IMG/VR virus record: IMGVR_UViG_3300009103_000012
Location: 20,395-84,394 of that record
Source of the DNA: a virus
Strand: one strand, 5' to 3'
DNA length: 64,000 nt
The notes under the pieces are model-generated. The model saw only the letters and a program-made list of their open reading frames with translations, was not told the DNA's origin and searched no databases. Position numbers and translations under genes: made by a program. Positions 36,041-46,228 of the stretch are shown in pieces. Position 1 is the first letter of the stretch. The number at the start of each line of letters is the position of its first letter.

Positions 36041-36069
36041 AGTATAATAGCTAGTAGTCAGTTTTTCAA
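36041..36069 (-). promoter_or_regulatory. Sigma70-like promoter TTGAAA-N17-TATACT upstream of SSB
   Basis: Near-consensus boxes with 17-nt spacer. Confidence 0.7.
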
Positions 36070-36070
36070 A

Positions 36071-36319
36071 TTATTTTTTATATTCTTTTCCACCGCCGAA
36101 AGCAGAAGCATTTGCTTTTTCAGCACCTTTTCTTCGCTTCTTTCTTTCGGCAGAAGGACCCATCCCTAAAGGAACCATAGGCCCAGGCACGCCGCCGGCG
36201 CTTTGTTCATCATGGTGATCTTCATCTTCTGCCTCGCGGTCATCTTCTGCACTCTCATCAGGCTCGCCCAAGACTTCTTTCTCGAGTAACAGTCGTATAT
36301 ATTCTCTGATCAAATCCAT
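36071..36319 (-). CDS. Small protein with LIREYIRLLLE leader, probable head-packaged protein
   Basis: 82 aa; ATAATTA motif 5 nt upstream of the ATG. Confidence 0.55.
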   Translation of the reverse strand: MDLIREYIRLLLEKEVLGEPDESAEDDREAEDEDHHDEQSAGGVPGPMVPLGMGPSAERKKRRKGAEKANASAFGGGKEYKK

Positions 36320-36330
36320 ACATTTAATTA

Positions 36331-37170
36331 TTACTCAGAAAAGCGATGTGATGCATCTATCTCAAAATATTGTGGCTCAACCCTTGAAAGGTTCTCCTTT
36401 AGCCACAAGCATTCACGCTTAGCTTCCTCTTCGCTGTTCGTAGCCTTCCACCAACATGTCAATTCAGGATTCCACCTGTATCGACCTTGCTTCAAGATTA
36501 CATTCTCTTCCCTTAGCGAATTCGCGGCAAAAACATGATAGTCTGGCTCTGACGCATTCTGCAACAGCTCTTGCATATATTTGTTCTTTCGCAAAAGATG
36601 AAGTGTGGCATCCACATCTGCAACTGCATTGTGAGAATCATAAAAATACCCATGCCAGGCGCAAAGCACTTCTAGAGCCTTAGAGCATCGTACGATAGGT
36701 GTCCAATCAACTTGAGTCATAGAACATCCCCAGATAGCATTCTCAGGCGCCAGTTGATTGTTTTTACGAAGGGCTATATCAATCCATTTTCTGTCAAAAG
36801 AAGCGTTGTGTGCAATGATAAATTGGCACTTTTGCAAGACACGAGAAATCTTATCCCAAGGAATACTCTTTCCTTCTAGGTCTTCATCTGTGAACCCAGT
36901 TATGTGCGTAATAATCTTAGGTAGAGGAGCTGACGGTTGCTGCAGGGCAACGATCGTATTTCTCAATCCGGAAACTTCGCCAGTGGTTGGACTCACAAAG
37001 AATGGGCGAATCGCAATCTGAATTATTTCATCCTTCAGATGATTCAAGCCCGTTGTTTCAACATCAATAACTGCTGCTACAACATCTCCATCTTCAGGCT
37101 CTCTATCTGGATCATCCAAATTAGCCAATTTATTAAGAAGTACTTTTCCGTTTAGTTCTAAATGCTTCAC
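36331..37170 (-). CDS. DEDDh 3'-5' exonuclease (DnaQ/epsilon-like)
   Basis: VIDVETTG, IAHNASFD, HNAVADV. Confidence 0.88.
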   Translation of the reverse strand: MKHLELNGKVLLNKLANLDDPDREPEDGDVVAAVIDVETTGLNHLKDEIIQIAIRPFFVSPTTGEVSGLRNTIVALQQPSAPLPKIITHITGFTDEDLEGKSIPWDKISRVLQKCQFIIAHNASFDRKWIDIALRKNNQLAPENAIWGCSMTQVDWTPIVRCSKALEVLCAWHGYFYDSHNAVADVDATLHLLRKNKYMQELLQNASEPDYHVFAANSLREENVILKQGRYRWNPELTCWWKATNSEEEAKRECLWLKENLSRVEPQYFEIDASHRFSE

Positions 37171-37197
37171 TGCTTCTCCAAGAATATAATCAAATTA

Positions 37198-37226
37198 ATA
37201 GTATTTGAAAGAAGCAATGTTTACAA
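37198..37226 (-). promoter_or_regulatory. Possible sigma70-like promoter TTGTAA-N17-TACTAT
   Basis: Intergenic, 17-nt spacer, upstream of the DEDDh exonuclease. Confidence 0.45.
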
Positions 37227-37232
37227 GAATTA

Positions 37233-37730
37233 CTACCAATCGCCCTTGTTCGGTCCGGTGTGAACGATCACATCACCACCATCGACTTGTATTTGAAGCG
37301 GCACGTCTGAAGACAGTATACCGGCGGTCATGGCCCCCATTAAAGTGTGGTGAAGAAATTTCGCACCATTTCGAGCATCAAGCTCTCCCAGCCCGATAGA
37401 CAATCCTTTCCGATCTCCCTTTGTCACCACGCCAATACCTCCGTAGGCCTGAGCCATGGTGTCTTGTTTCACAGCTTGTTTCCAAATAGTGCGTACACCT
37501 TCCAGACCGTTTCCGCCACCAGAAATTCCAAGATTCTTCATAAGCTGGCCAGGATTTCTTTTCGCCAAGGCGCCAGTCTCAGCGACCACTTTGGTAAAAC
37601 CACCCTTTCCAACCGACAAGCCAATTTCACCAGGCTTTATCGCTTTTCCTTTTTTGCGGTGTCCTCTTCCCTTTTTTTCTTCTTCATTTAGAATTGTTCT
37701 AATATAACTTCTAACTTTTTGTTCATTCAT
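37233..37730 (-). CDS. Basic Gly-rich protein with VRSYIRTILNE leader
   Basis: 165 aa; leader motif shared with the acidic late proteins. Confidence 0.55.
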   Translation of the reverse strand: MNEQKVRSYIRTILNEEEKKGRGHRKKGKAIKPGEIGLSVGKGGFTKVVAETGALAKRNPGQLMKNLGISGGGNGLEGVRTIWKQAVKQDTMAQAYGGIGVVTKGDRKGLSIGLGELDARNGAKFLHHTLMGAMTAGILSSDVPLQIQVDGGDVIVHTGPNKGDW

Positions 37731-38919
37731 GATTGTTAAACTCTTTTATCTTAAGCGGGAAATTTCCAAGTCCAGAAACATCGTACCCTGTATTTACATA
37801 TCTTGTGATTTCGTCTAAATGCTCATTCGGTGTATCAATAATTAGTGCATCGTGAATTACGAATAGTGGCTTACACTTGCTGGAAAAACGCTTGGTAAAC
37901 TCCTTGAACCCAGCAATTGCGACGTCTGAGGCTGTCGATTGTAAGTAATTATTCACAAGAATACTTTCTCTTCCACTATCAATTTCTATAGGGCGTCCAA
38001 AATAATTCTGGATCATTCCTGATTTTGCCTGATATCTCAACTCACGCTTAAGATCAACTAACTTAAAATAGCTTGACACTTCGCGCATCAAATATGAGGC
38101 GCTTATTTTGGACTTATCTTTTTTCAGAAGCTGTTCAAGACGCAAATTACCAGCTCCATATAACGAACACAAGACTGCCAACTTTGCGGTGTCTCTCGAC
38201 ACCTTTATATTACTAGACTCTATAAACGAAAGATATACGTCACTTGCAGCATGAACGTTCGCAAGATTAAGGGCAACTCGGGGCTCTAGAGAAACAAAAT
38301 CGATCTCATAAAGAGTACCGCGATTTGAAGCGGGAGTAAAGACAGACCTAAATTCTTTTTTCAATGTCAAAATCTGCGGGCCACTTTTGATCGTTAAGCG
38401 TCCAGTCTTTGTTGAAACCCGATCATACAATGGGACGTCCAAAAAAGAGTTGGCTGAACCTGACAATAACTTTCTTAAGACATGCGAATCGTTGTGCTGT
38501 AATAATTTCCTTGTCAGTGTTGTATCGATTCGTGATTGACACAAGCTACTAAACAGCTCATTTGAATCTATAAAAAACTTTGGGTAATTACTCTCGGTTA
38601 ACAACTCTTCAATTTTGCAAAGTTCTTCAACATACTTCTTAAAATTCTTCTTAAATACTTTTCTAGGGAGGATGTAGCGCCACGGTATCGATGGAGGGAC
38701 CTTAATGTCGGAAAAGCTTTTCCTGAATCTTTTCGGTACAAAATCAGGAATATCTATATCATATAAGCTTAATAGAGGCTCCAAAGAGTCTGGTCGGCCT
38801 GGGCACCCAATCACAAAATATGACCTATCCGATATCTCATGTGTCCACCTGATTAGTCCACCGCTTATAATCATGTGATTTTCTGTGCCGATGTAATTCT
38901 TATGAAGCAAAATTGGCAT
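37723..38919 (-). CDS. Family A DNA polymerase domain (PolA-like, no recognisable exonuclease domains)
   Basis: TKTGRL, motif A DFVSLEPR, motif B RDTAK......YG, NNYLQSTASD, motif C VIHDA. Confidence 0.78.
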   Translation of the reverse strand: MPILLHKNYIGTENHMIISGGLIRWTHEISDRSYFVIGCPGRPDSLEPLLSLYDIDIPDFVPKRFRKSFSDIKVPPSIPWRYILPRKVFKKNFKKYVEELCKIEELLTESNYPKFFIDSNELFSSLCQSRIDTTLTRKLLQHNDSHVLRKLLSGSANSFLDVPLYDRVSTKTGRLTIKSGPQILTLKKEFRSVFTPASNRGTLYEIDFVSLEPRVALNLANVHAASDVYLSFIESSNIKVSRDTAKLAVLCSLYGAGNLRLEQLLKKDKSKISASYLMREVSSYFKLVDLKRELRYQAKSGMIQNYFGRPIEIDSGRESILVNNYLQSTASDVAIAGFKEFTKRFSSKCKPLFVIHDALIIDTPNEHLDEITRYVNTGYDVSGLGNFPLKIKEFNNHE

Positions 38920-38924
38920 GTGTC

Positions 38925-38953
38925 AATTTAATAAAGTTGCATAGAATGTTCAA
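38925..38953 (-). promoter_or_regulatory. Sigma70-like promoter TTGAAC-N17-TAAATT at the tail/replication boundary
   Basis: 17-nt spacer; -10 box 5 nt before ATG 38919, no RBS. Confidence 0.5.
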
Positions 38954-38955
38954 GC

Positions 38956-41900
38956 TTATCCAGCATCTGTCATCGCAGTTAGCGCTCCCTTTACGCTATC
39001 CATCATGCTTATGTACTTACCAAATGCATCGATCTGCGTCATCTTTAATTTCGTCTCAAATTTCCCTTGAGAAAGTGAGTGATCGATTCCTGTTACCACG
39101 AACGTATTATCTATCGTGGTTCCCGTCCCAAAGTCTACGAAGAATTGCTGACCATACGAAATAAGCGGACATCCGTATGTTGTTAGCGATAGCTGTACCG
39201 GTGCGGTTTGAAGCGGTAGTCCAGCATCGCGGGATCCCTGGGGACCGTCACCTCCACCCATTCCTCCTCGCATCATATTAACAGAAGCAAGCTTGGGATC
39301 ATTCATCGATGAAAGGTCTGCTGCTAGCACTGCTGAATTAGAGCTACCATAAATAATCGATGGCATGCTCTTCATCAAAAAATCTTTTAACGCTGGAAAC
39401 CCTCCTTTCACGCGAAAGTGCGAAGTCAAGAATTCTTCCATTACTGCATCTACAGTTGCATCAGTAGCATTATTCACATCATCCAGAATCTCTTGAGGAA
39501 CAACCTCCAGAAGGCCACCCTCAATTGCCATTATAAGACCTGCCACAAATTCACTTTGATGAGTACAGTCCCAACCATCAGTAGCACCTGCCGCTGCCTC
39601 AACTTCTCCAGGCACTCCTCCTGCTGCGGATGAAAGCAGACCAATTGAATCGCTTCTTGCGGCACCCATCATTTTATGCAATGCCGTGTAAGGAGTGCAC
39701 ACAGTGTCATATATGTGTATTCTTAGAAGTGTACCCTTCTTTCCATTTGGGTGAGTACCCGGCTTACAGGGAACAGCTTGCATTTCAAACTTAATTCGAG
39801 GCATCTTAAATTCTATATCTGCACCCTCTCCATACGCGTCTTCCAACCTCTTCTTTTTTTCGTCATTCAATTTCGTGGCGTCTTCTTTAAACTCTTCTTT
39901 CATTTGAGTCTCGCCTTCTTCATCTGTCTCAAATAAGTCACACAAGCCGTAGACATACGATGCTTGGTTTTGTATAAACTCTTTAGACACAAAATTCAAG
40001 AATCGACCCAATGGCATATTAACAGATGTCTTAGTCGCTTCTTCGAACTTTTTCTTAAAGTCTTCAATTCTGATCGGAATATCTGCAATCGTTAAGCTTG
40101 AAAGATAACTTGCTTTATCATTCACAGGATAAAAGATAAATTGAATCTCATCGAACCGACGTGTTGAAGCTAAAGGTTTTCCTATCATATACATCAGCAT
40201 AGCGCCAAAAGAAACAAATTTGCTGTCATTATATCTAGCATTAACGTAAGCTGTACTACCCATCGCGCCACGGACCGTACGAGCGAAGGGATCTTTATTA
40301 GAGCCGCGCATATTCCCAAGATGCTGAATTTTTCCCGCGACGGCATCTGCTATCGTCGCTTTTGCTTCAGCAACTACACCGCCCTGACCGTCACTACCAA
40401 ACATATCAGAGAGGGTACTAGCTAATTCTTCCTCTGCTGGATCTGTCGAATTTCTTTTTTCAGAAATAAACTTTTTGATAGCATCAGCTGTCTCTTGATC
40501 AACTGTCATAGCCTTACTAGTGTCTGAGGCGGCGGACATAAAAGAACTACCAAACATATCTTTAGCAGACTGTGTATCACCCGTTGCTTCAGCGTCCTCC
40601 ATGATCTGTTGCTTAATCACTTTAATCGCTTCTTGTAAGTCTTTCAAAGTCTGAAGAATGTCATCTACACCTTCACCCTGGCTGAGGTTAGCTGTGTCGA
40701 TATTTCCGGAGCCCTTCATGGAAAGTTTTAGTTTTATCTTAACTTGGCCGACATCATCAAACGAAAAAGAGCTATTCACAACCATATATTTTTTCTTAAC
40801 TTTACAAAGGTCTAAGAACGTTCCAAAGAAATTTCCCTGGACTGACCCAACCGGTAAACCGGTTGAAGAGGCTTCTTCACCTCCAACCGTTCGTCCAGAC
40901 GGATCTGGATGAGACCACCCATAGGTTATCAAAAGCTCGGTATGACCATAAAGATCGGGCTTAACAAACTCAGATATCTCAGTTAAGCGTGATCTATCAT
41001 GCATGATTAAAGATATCTCAGCTGTTTCATGAGACATGAATCCCTTCGAAGGAGTAACAGAAACGCTGAAGTCTTCAATCGTCATCATAGGACGGAATGG
41101 ATCAATTATCCCGGCTCCTCTGCGGCCGCCGGTTTGTGGCTGGTCTTCTGGAGCTGAACCTGGGGTCTGAGAGAATGCTTCATAGTCTTCGTATCTTTCC
41201 ATTCTTGCTTGTGGTCCATGACCGATCACAGGCACCATTGTCTGAGGCGCTAAAAACATTTCCATACCCGCTGTTGCGATTTCAACTTCCTCAGCATCCG
41301 GATCGACAGCATTGGGGTCTGAAGCGGGTAAGGCATTAGCCTGTGCATCAAGAGTTTGTTGGGCCTGCTCAAAATCATGTAAAGCAGAACCGTCAAGAGC
41401 AGTTGCCATATAATAATCTGCGGTGTTCTCTGCAGGTGCCGATGACCCAAGCAGAAATTGCATCATACCCATCGTCTGAATTCGACCATCTTCAGCCACA
41501 CCACTCTTGGGAGATATCACTGTTATGTCAAGATAAGGCTGACACCTGCTCAGCTCCAGCGTCGGTAAGCAATTCATAAAAAGAGCAACAGCGCCTGTGT
41601 CTCTTTTTGCTGGGGTTAATTTAGGATTAAAAACCTGGAGGGCTGATACGTTCGGAGTGTATTTCGTTGGGGAAGCAAACGCACCGTTAATCTGGCCCTC
41701 TCCATCTGTGTCAATCTTCATGCATTTTTTTGCAGAAAAAGTTGAAGCTACAAAAGAGGGCCAGGTTGGTGACCCAACACCCGTTGGCATATCAATCACG
41801 TCAAAAGCTTCGGGCTCTCCAATAATTCGGTATAACCCCTTGGCTAAATCAACCATGTCAGCAACTTCCGCGGAGGTGGCACCCTGCATTGCATCAACCA

Positions 41901-42129
41901 GCGCTTGCATTGCTTGCATTGTCGTCACACCACCTTCTGTGGTATTCGTGAATGCGCGGATGACCTTGTGCATTTCAGGTGTTGGATCCAGATCTAAGGT
42001 ACCAAATGAACCGACTGCGTCATCGCCACCAAAAGCCAGTACTGCCATAAAATCTTCTTTCGAAACAATAGACCAGTATCTTCCTAGTTTGTCAACGACA
42101 TCCGATAACTTGTCATCATAAATAGCCAT
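38956..42129 (-). CDS. Baseplate hub protein (gp27/GpD-like)
   Basis: 1057 aa, follows the LysM-like gene; ITYGWSHP and C-terminal LTTYGCPLISYGQQFFVDF...VVTGIDHSLSQGKFETKL typical of hub proteins. Confidence 0.6.
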   Translation of the reverse strand: MAIYDDKLSDVVDKLGRYWSIVSKEDFMAVLAFGGDDAVGSFGTLDLDPTPEMHKVIRAFTNTTEGGVTTMQAMQALVDAMQGATSAEVADMVDLAKGLYRIIGEPEAFDVIDMPTGVGSPTWPSFVASTFSAKKCMKIDTDGEGQINGAFASPTKYTPNVSALQVFNPKLTPAKRDTGAVALFMNCLPTLELSRCQPYLDITVISPKSGVAEDGRIQTMGMMQFLLGSSAPAENTADYYMATALDGSALHDFEQAQQTLDAQANALPASDPNAVDPDAEEVEIATAGMEMFLAPQTMVPVIGHGPQARMERYEDYEAFSQTPGSAPEDQPQTGGRRGAGIIDPFRPMMTIEDFSVSVTPSKGFMSHETAEISLIMHDRSRLTEISEFVKPDLYGHTELLITYGWSHPDPSGRTVGGEEASSTGLPVGSVQGNFFGTFLDLCKVKKKYMVVNSSFSFDDVGQVKIKLKLSMKGSGNIDTANLSQGEGVDDILQTLKDLQEAIKVIKQQIMEDAEATGDTQSAKDMFGSSFMSAASDTSKAMTVDQETADAIKKFISEKRNSTDPAEEELASTLSDMFGSDGQGGVVAEAKATIADAVAGKIQHLGNMRGSNKDPFARTVRGAMGSTAYVNARYNDSKFVSFGAMLMYMIGKPLASTRRFDEIQFIFYPVNDKASYLSSLTIADIPIRIEDFKKKFEEATKTSVNMPLGRFLNFVSKEFIQNQASYVYGLCDLFETDEEGETQMKEEFKEDATKLNDEKKKRLEDAYGEGADIEFKMPRIKFEMQAVPCKPGTHPNGKKGTLLRIHIYDTVCTPYTALHKMMGAARSDSIGLLSSAAGGVPGEVEAAAGATDGWDCTHQSEFVAGLIMAIEGGLLEVVPQEILDDVNNATDATVDAVMEEFLTSHFRVKGGFPALKDFLMKSMPSIIYGSSNSAVLAADLSSMNDPKLASVNMMRGGMGGGDGPQGSRDAGLPLQTAPVQLSLTTYGCPLISYGQQFFVDFGTGTTIDNTFVVTGIDHSLSQGKFETKLKMTQIDAFGKYISMMDSVKGALTAMTDAG

Positions 42130-42132
42130 GCG

Positions 42133-42429
42133 CTACCCTAATAGAGCCATAATCTGACCTATGTCAGTTGGAATTTTAAGATAAATTCCTGGAGGCACCT
42201 GTAAACCCCATCCAATGCCACTGGCTCCAGCAATGACCCACCACAATGTTCCATCGCCATATATTTCACCAGCAATAATATCGAGTCGCTCGGCCTCTGT
42301 CGTAACACGTCCTTTCCATGAAATCTTTCCTGACGCGACGGCGACAGCTACCATATAACAAGCGTCCCATGTTCCATAAAATTTTCCACCCCTTAATTTT
42401 GGAGCTCTCTTGTATCGATTTATTGGCAT
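42133..42429 (-). CDS. LysM-like baseplate wedge protein (gp53/GpX-like)
   Basis: ERLDIIAGEIYGDGTLWWVIA...PGIYLKIP. Confidence 0.8.
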   Translation of the reverse strand: MPINRYKRAPKLRGGKFYGTWDACYMVAVAVASGKISWKGRVTTEAERLDIIAGEIYGDGTLWWVIAGASGIGWGLQVPPGIYLKIPTDIGQIMALLG

Positions 42430-42442
42430 TAGCTAGTCCCCA

Positions 42443-45400
42443 TTATCCCGTACCCGGGGTTCCACCACCACCAGCTCCATAGCCACCAGTAACAGAATCT
42501 TTGAACCCTTCTTGTGTGTCGATATTTGCATCATCATCAACGTATGTACCGCGATGGATACTCATACGGCCGCCGGGAACAGATCGGCCGGCACCTGGAC
42601 TGTAGAAGTCTTCTGCGAGACCGGCGTTGATTTTTCCAACTGGATAGTTGTATGCGCGCATTGCGCCGTTGTTGTCGAGGCCAGGAACAATATCGTGTAT
42701 TGGGCTAAAGCTGATGCTACACTTTATCATCTGTGGAGCTCTTCTACTAATATCAGACATATCCCATTGCGATTCTTTCCAGTCCATATCAAAACTGGTA
42801 ATGACGCCCGCTAAGCCTCGTCCACCGGCTGCTTCGAAAGATCGTACAACAGCATTTTTGTCGGGATGAAAGAAATCATAAATATCAAATACCTGCTCTT
42901 CAAGGGTAACATTTACAGGTGGAACTGTCGGTTCGGCTGGTGGTGGATAGATTGGATACAGGTCCACCGATGTTACCACGTATGCGTGGGTATGGCCCTT
43001 ACTTGATAAAGCTGGCCCATAAGGGTCGGCAGGATCATCAGGGTCTGCTGGGGTCACTAGATACTCTGCGTATTGTCCAGCTTCACGGACATCTTCATTA
43101 ACACTTGTCTCTTGGTTTAGCTCATCCGCTGATTCACCTGCCGCATTCACAAAAGCCCCATACTCATCGGAAACTCTGCGACCAATGATATTCACTTTCA
43201 TTTCTGAATATGTGCGTGAAGTGAATGCATGGTCTTCGATGTTTATACCAGATGTTGCAGTGGGGGGAGGGAACAGAGCAGGCCAGTCATCTGGCCCGTA
43301 TGGAGTCCCGGGAGTTGACTTATCCTGGTCCATATCATACGTCGTATAACCCTCGGAATTGGCGTACATCATAGCTACACCGAGGCCAAGGCCACTAGTA
43401 TCAAAAGGAATAAATCCATGGTCGAAGTCTGCATGTTCGTCAGGCTCAAAAAACCAATGCATATCAATATCTAGCTCAACACCAGCCGCGTCTGCTTCGG
43501 CAGTCGCCTCTGCTATCTCAACAGCAGCTTGGGCTTCTTCCATGTATGTTAGATCGAATGGCGCGCCTTCCCACTTCGCTCTTTCTTCATCACTATCGAT
43601 TGTAGTACCACTTGGGCTACCATACGCTGACGCCGCAGGAATCGCTTCAGACATACCAAATATTCTAGCAAGATTAAAGCGACTATAGTTACTACGTAAA
43701 ACATCGCCAACACGAAGGCGGATGAGCGGAGATGCAGTCGGGATCTGTGAGAATGGCATAACAAACTTTTTATTACCTGCCTTGACTGGCTTGCCCATCG
43801 AAAATTGCGGATAACACATTGAGACCAATTTATTGATACTCCACCACATCGAATCAAAATCTTTCGGTCCTGTTGCTACCATCGTCCATGTAACAGAAAT
43901 GCTTCTAGAAGTATTTTGGTATATACGAACGGGATCGATTCGTCCATAACCTGCTGACTCTGCATAGCTAACAGAATATGAGTCTTTCACATCTTCTATA
44001 AACGCCTGGAATGAAATAACTTCATTTGTTCTAAGATCGTGGAAGTAAAATGGCATATACTCAGAATCTAATTCATCCTCAATCTCTGTCACATATTGTT
44101 GGGGTAGACGATGACCATCGTGCTGAATTATCTTTCTACGCCTGGGTGAATTCGGACCAGCACCATACTCAGAGGGTCCATGGCTATTAAAATACTGACC
44201 CGGTGAATTCGTTTTATCACCAATCGCACGCATATTTTTTCTAGCGTAACCTGGGAAGAAACCATATAAAGAATAAGCGTTAGCATACTTCTGTGGAAGA
44301 AGAATCAGTGAGGGAACACCTCTGTGTCGCCAGACGAGTTTATTTTGTCCGCCGAACGCCCGGGATTTTGCTTGTCGAGTCTGGCCGTTTGTTGGCATAC
44401 CAGAGATAGAAGGGACGATTGCGAATTGCTTATTTTTTGCGTCTAAGAATCTATCACCCATCACGGCCAGTGCACAAAAGAATCTCCATGAAGCGTAATC
44501 GTTAAGATGCATAATCGTATTAAACATTGCGGGTGGATCACCAGGAGATAAATCACCCAGAAGCTGCTTCAAGTCTCTTCTTATGCTTCTAAGAATTGAC
44601 GCATAATATCCGTGGCTCTTCATTGCCGACTCAAATAGTGTGAATACATTCCCACCAGAGCCTAAAAGAACAGCAGACCACCATAAAGCGATCGGTCCGG
44701 GTCCACCACCGCCACCACCTGGTACCGACGGCACTGAACTTGGGGCTATCTTAAAAAATGCAAGAATACCGTAGCAGATACAGCGCCACATTGGATTATG
44801 AGTTTCTGGAATACCCATTTGCTTCAACATCTTTGCAGTGCCAGTAGCAATCCTATACTGTCCCTTTTTCATCTGGGCTGGCTTTTTCTCAATTGATGTG
44901 GTTGCCGCAGCTGTTTGGATTATTGTCATTATGGCAGCGAATATTGTACCAGCGGCGACAATCTCAGCAAATGCTGTGGCGGCTGTTGTCATTTGTGCCA
45001 ACGCTGCGCCTGGACGAAAAGAAGCAAATGGTTCATAAGGATTGTTCAAAACACCAAAGCTCTTTTGGGAAGAAAGAGGTGAACCATCTATATCGCTATA
45101 TTCTAAATGACCATCTACAAGATGAGGTCGGTCTGGAGCATGATAAGCAGATACTGGCCTCAACTTCCATGTGTTGACTTTTTTCCTGCCAATCTGTACA
45201 CCATTTGGTAACAACGCAGCTGCCTGGGCGCCGGCGCTGGTAGGAGATTGACTCGTACCCATATTGTGTCCAGTCTGCCTCATCAGAGCAGAGTATGCGA
45301 TCTTCTGCATATCTTTAATACTGGTCCTATCAGCATTTTTGTTGTAAACACCAAATGCACCTTGCTCAACAGGAATACCTGCATCTGTAAATTCATTACC

Positions 45401-45973
45401 TCTTATATACGGAGAGCTTGTAGGCATTGGATCGAATCTATTATTGTTCGATAAAACTTGAGAAATTTTTGCCTGCATCGGAGTTGCGCCAGACGGATTG
45501 GGAAATGAAGCCCTACCTGTCGAATCACCGACACCGGGCTCATCATTTTCATACGTTGAACTCACATCTCGTAGAAGATCATGACCATCTTCTTGAGAGT
45601 TTTTATCCAACCAATCATTTATACCTGGAAGAAATCTACCAGAATTACTCAGCGTATCGAACTCGCCCACAGCAGCCGCAGAAGAATTCGTTCCTTCTGG
45701 CATTGTGTCTGTAAAGCCTTCGGTACCATCGTTCCCTCCAGTTGCAAATTCTGACGGTAGCCCATTTGCTTGTCGAAGAGAAAATTCATTTACTGGATCA
45801 GCGGGGTCTACGGGAAAAGCGTTCCGATTTTGGGGGTCTGTTGTTAGATTGCTAAGGTATGCTGCAAGGGTCTCACGTGCTTCTGTAGTCAGATCATCGC
45901 CAATCTTGGTTTGGCCATCTGTCCCGGTTCCCTCCGGTGTATAAGTTTCACCGTTTATACCATCAATACTCAT
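42443..45973 (-). CDS. Large baseplate / tail-tube initiator protein
   Basis: 1176 aa between TMP and LysM-like gene; MPFYFHDLR..ISFQAFI..DSY...GRIDPVRIYQNTSRSISV and PLIRLRVGD tube-initiator-like motifs. Confidence 0.6.
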   Translation of the reverse strand: MSIDGINGETYTPEGTGTDGQTKIGDDLTTEARETLAAYLSNLTTDPQNRNAFPVDPADPVNEFSLRQANGLPSEFATGGNDGTEGFTDTMPEGTNSSAAAVGEFDTLSNSGRFLPGINDWLDKNSQEDGHDLLRDVSSTYENDEPGVGDSTGRASFPNPSGATPMQAKISQVLSNNNRFDPMPTSSPYIRGNEFTDAGIPVEQGAFGVYNKNADRTSIKDMQKIAYSALMRQTGHNMGTSQSPTSAGAQAAALLPNGVQIGRKKVNTWKLRPVSAYHAPDRPHLVDGHLEYSDIDGSPLSSQKSFGVLNNPYEPFASFRPGAALAQMTTAATAFAEIVAAGTIFAAIMTIIQTAAATTSIEKKPAQMKKGQYRIATGTAKMLKQMGIPETHNPMWRCICYGILAFFKIAPSSVPSVPGGGGGGPGPIALWWSAVLLGSGGNVFTLFESAMKSHGYYASILRSIRRDLKQLLGDLSPGDPPAMFNTIMHLNDYASWRFFCALAVMGDRFLDAKNKQFAIVPSISGMPTNGQTRQAKSRAFGGQNKLVWRHRGVPSLILLPQKYANAYSLYGFFPGYARKNMRAIGDKTNSPGQYFNSHGPSEYGAGPNSPRRRKIIQHDGHRLPQQYVTEIEDELDSEYMPFYFHDLRTNEVISFQAFIEDVKDSYSVSYAESAGYGRIDPVRIYQNTSRSISVTWTMVATGPKDFDSMWWSINKLVSMCYPQFSMGKPVKAGNKKFVMPFSQIPTASPLIRLRVGDVLRSNYSRFNLARIFGMSEAIPAASAYGSPSGTTIDSDEERAKWEGAPFDLTYMEEAQAAVEIAEATAEADAAGVELDIDMHWFFEPDEHADFDHGFIPFDTSGLGLGVAMMYANSEGYTTYDMDQDKSTPGTPYGPDDWPALFPPPTATSGINIEDHAFTSRTYSEMKVNIIGRRVSDEYGAFVNAAGESADELNQETSVNEDVREAGQYAEYLVTPADPDDPADPYGPALSSKGHTHAYVVTSVDLYPIYPPPAEPTVPPVNVTLEEQVFDIYDFFHPDKNAVVRSFEAAGGRGLAGVITSFDMDWKESQWDMSDISRRAPQMIKCSISFSPIHDIVPGLDNNGAMRAYNYPVGKINAGLAEDFYSPGAGRSVPGGRMSIHRGTYVDDDANIDTQEGFKDSVTGGYGAGGGGTPGTG

Positions 45974-45980
45974 CTAAAAA

Positions 45981-46220
45981 CTACCTTCCATCTTCTTTAA
46001 CTATTTTAGCGACAAATTTACTCATAAATGAAGAATCTTTTGATAGTTTATGAAGGTCTGCCTCTAATGCTTCTATCTCAGGTGACAAAGCGATCTTCCA
46101 AAACTCAAGAACCCTTTGGTTCGCTTCATCCATCTCTTCTTGAGTATGTTCATCGAAGATATCTTCAGAGACCCCTAATTCTTTTATAGTCTCTTCTTCA
46201 TTTTTTTTCTCATCGCTCAT
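45981..46220 (-). CDS. Hypothetical protein
   Basis: 79 aa with GGAG RBS. Confidence 0.65.
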   Translation of the reverse strand: MSDEKKNEEETIKELGVSEDIFDEHTQEEMDEANQRVLEFWKIALSPEIEALEADLHKLSKDSSFMSKFVAKIVKEDGR

Positions 46221-46228
46221 CTTAACTC

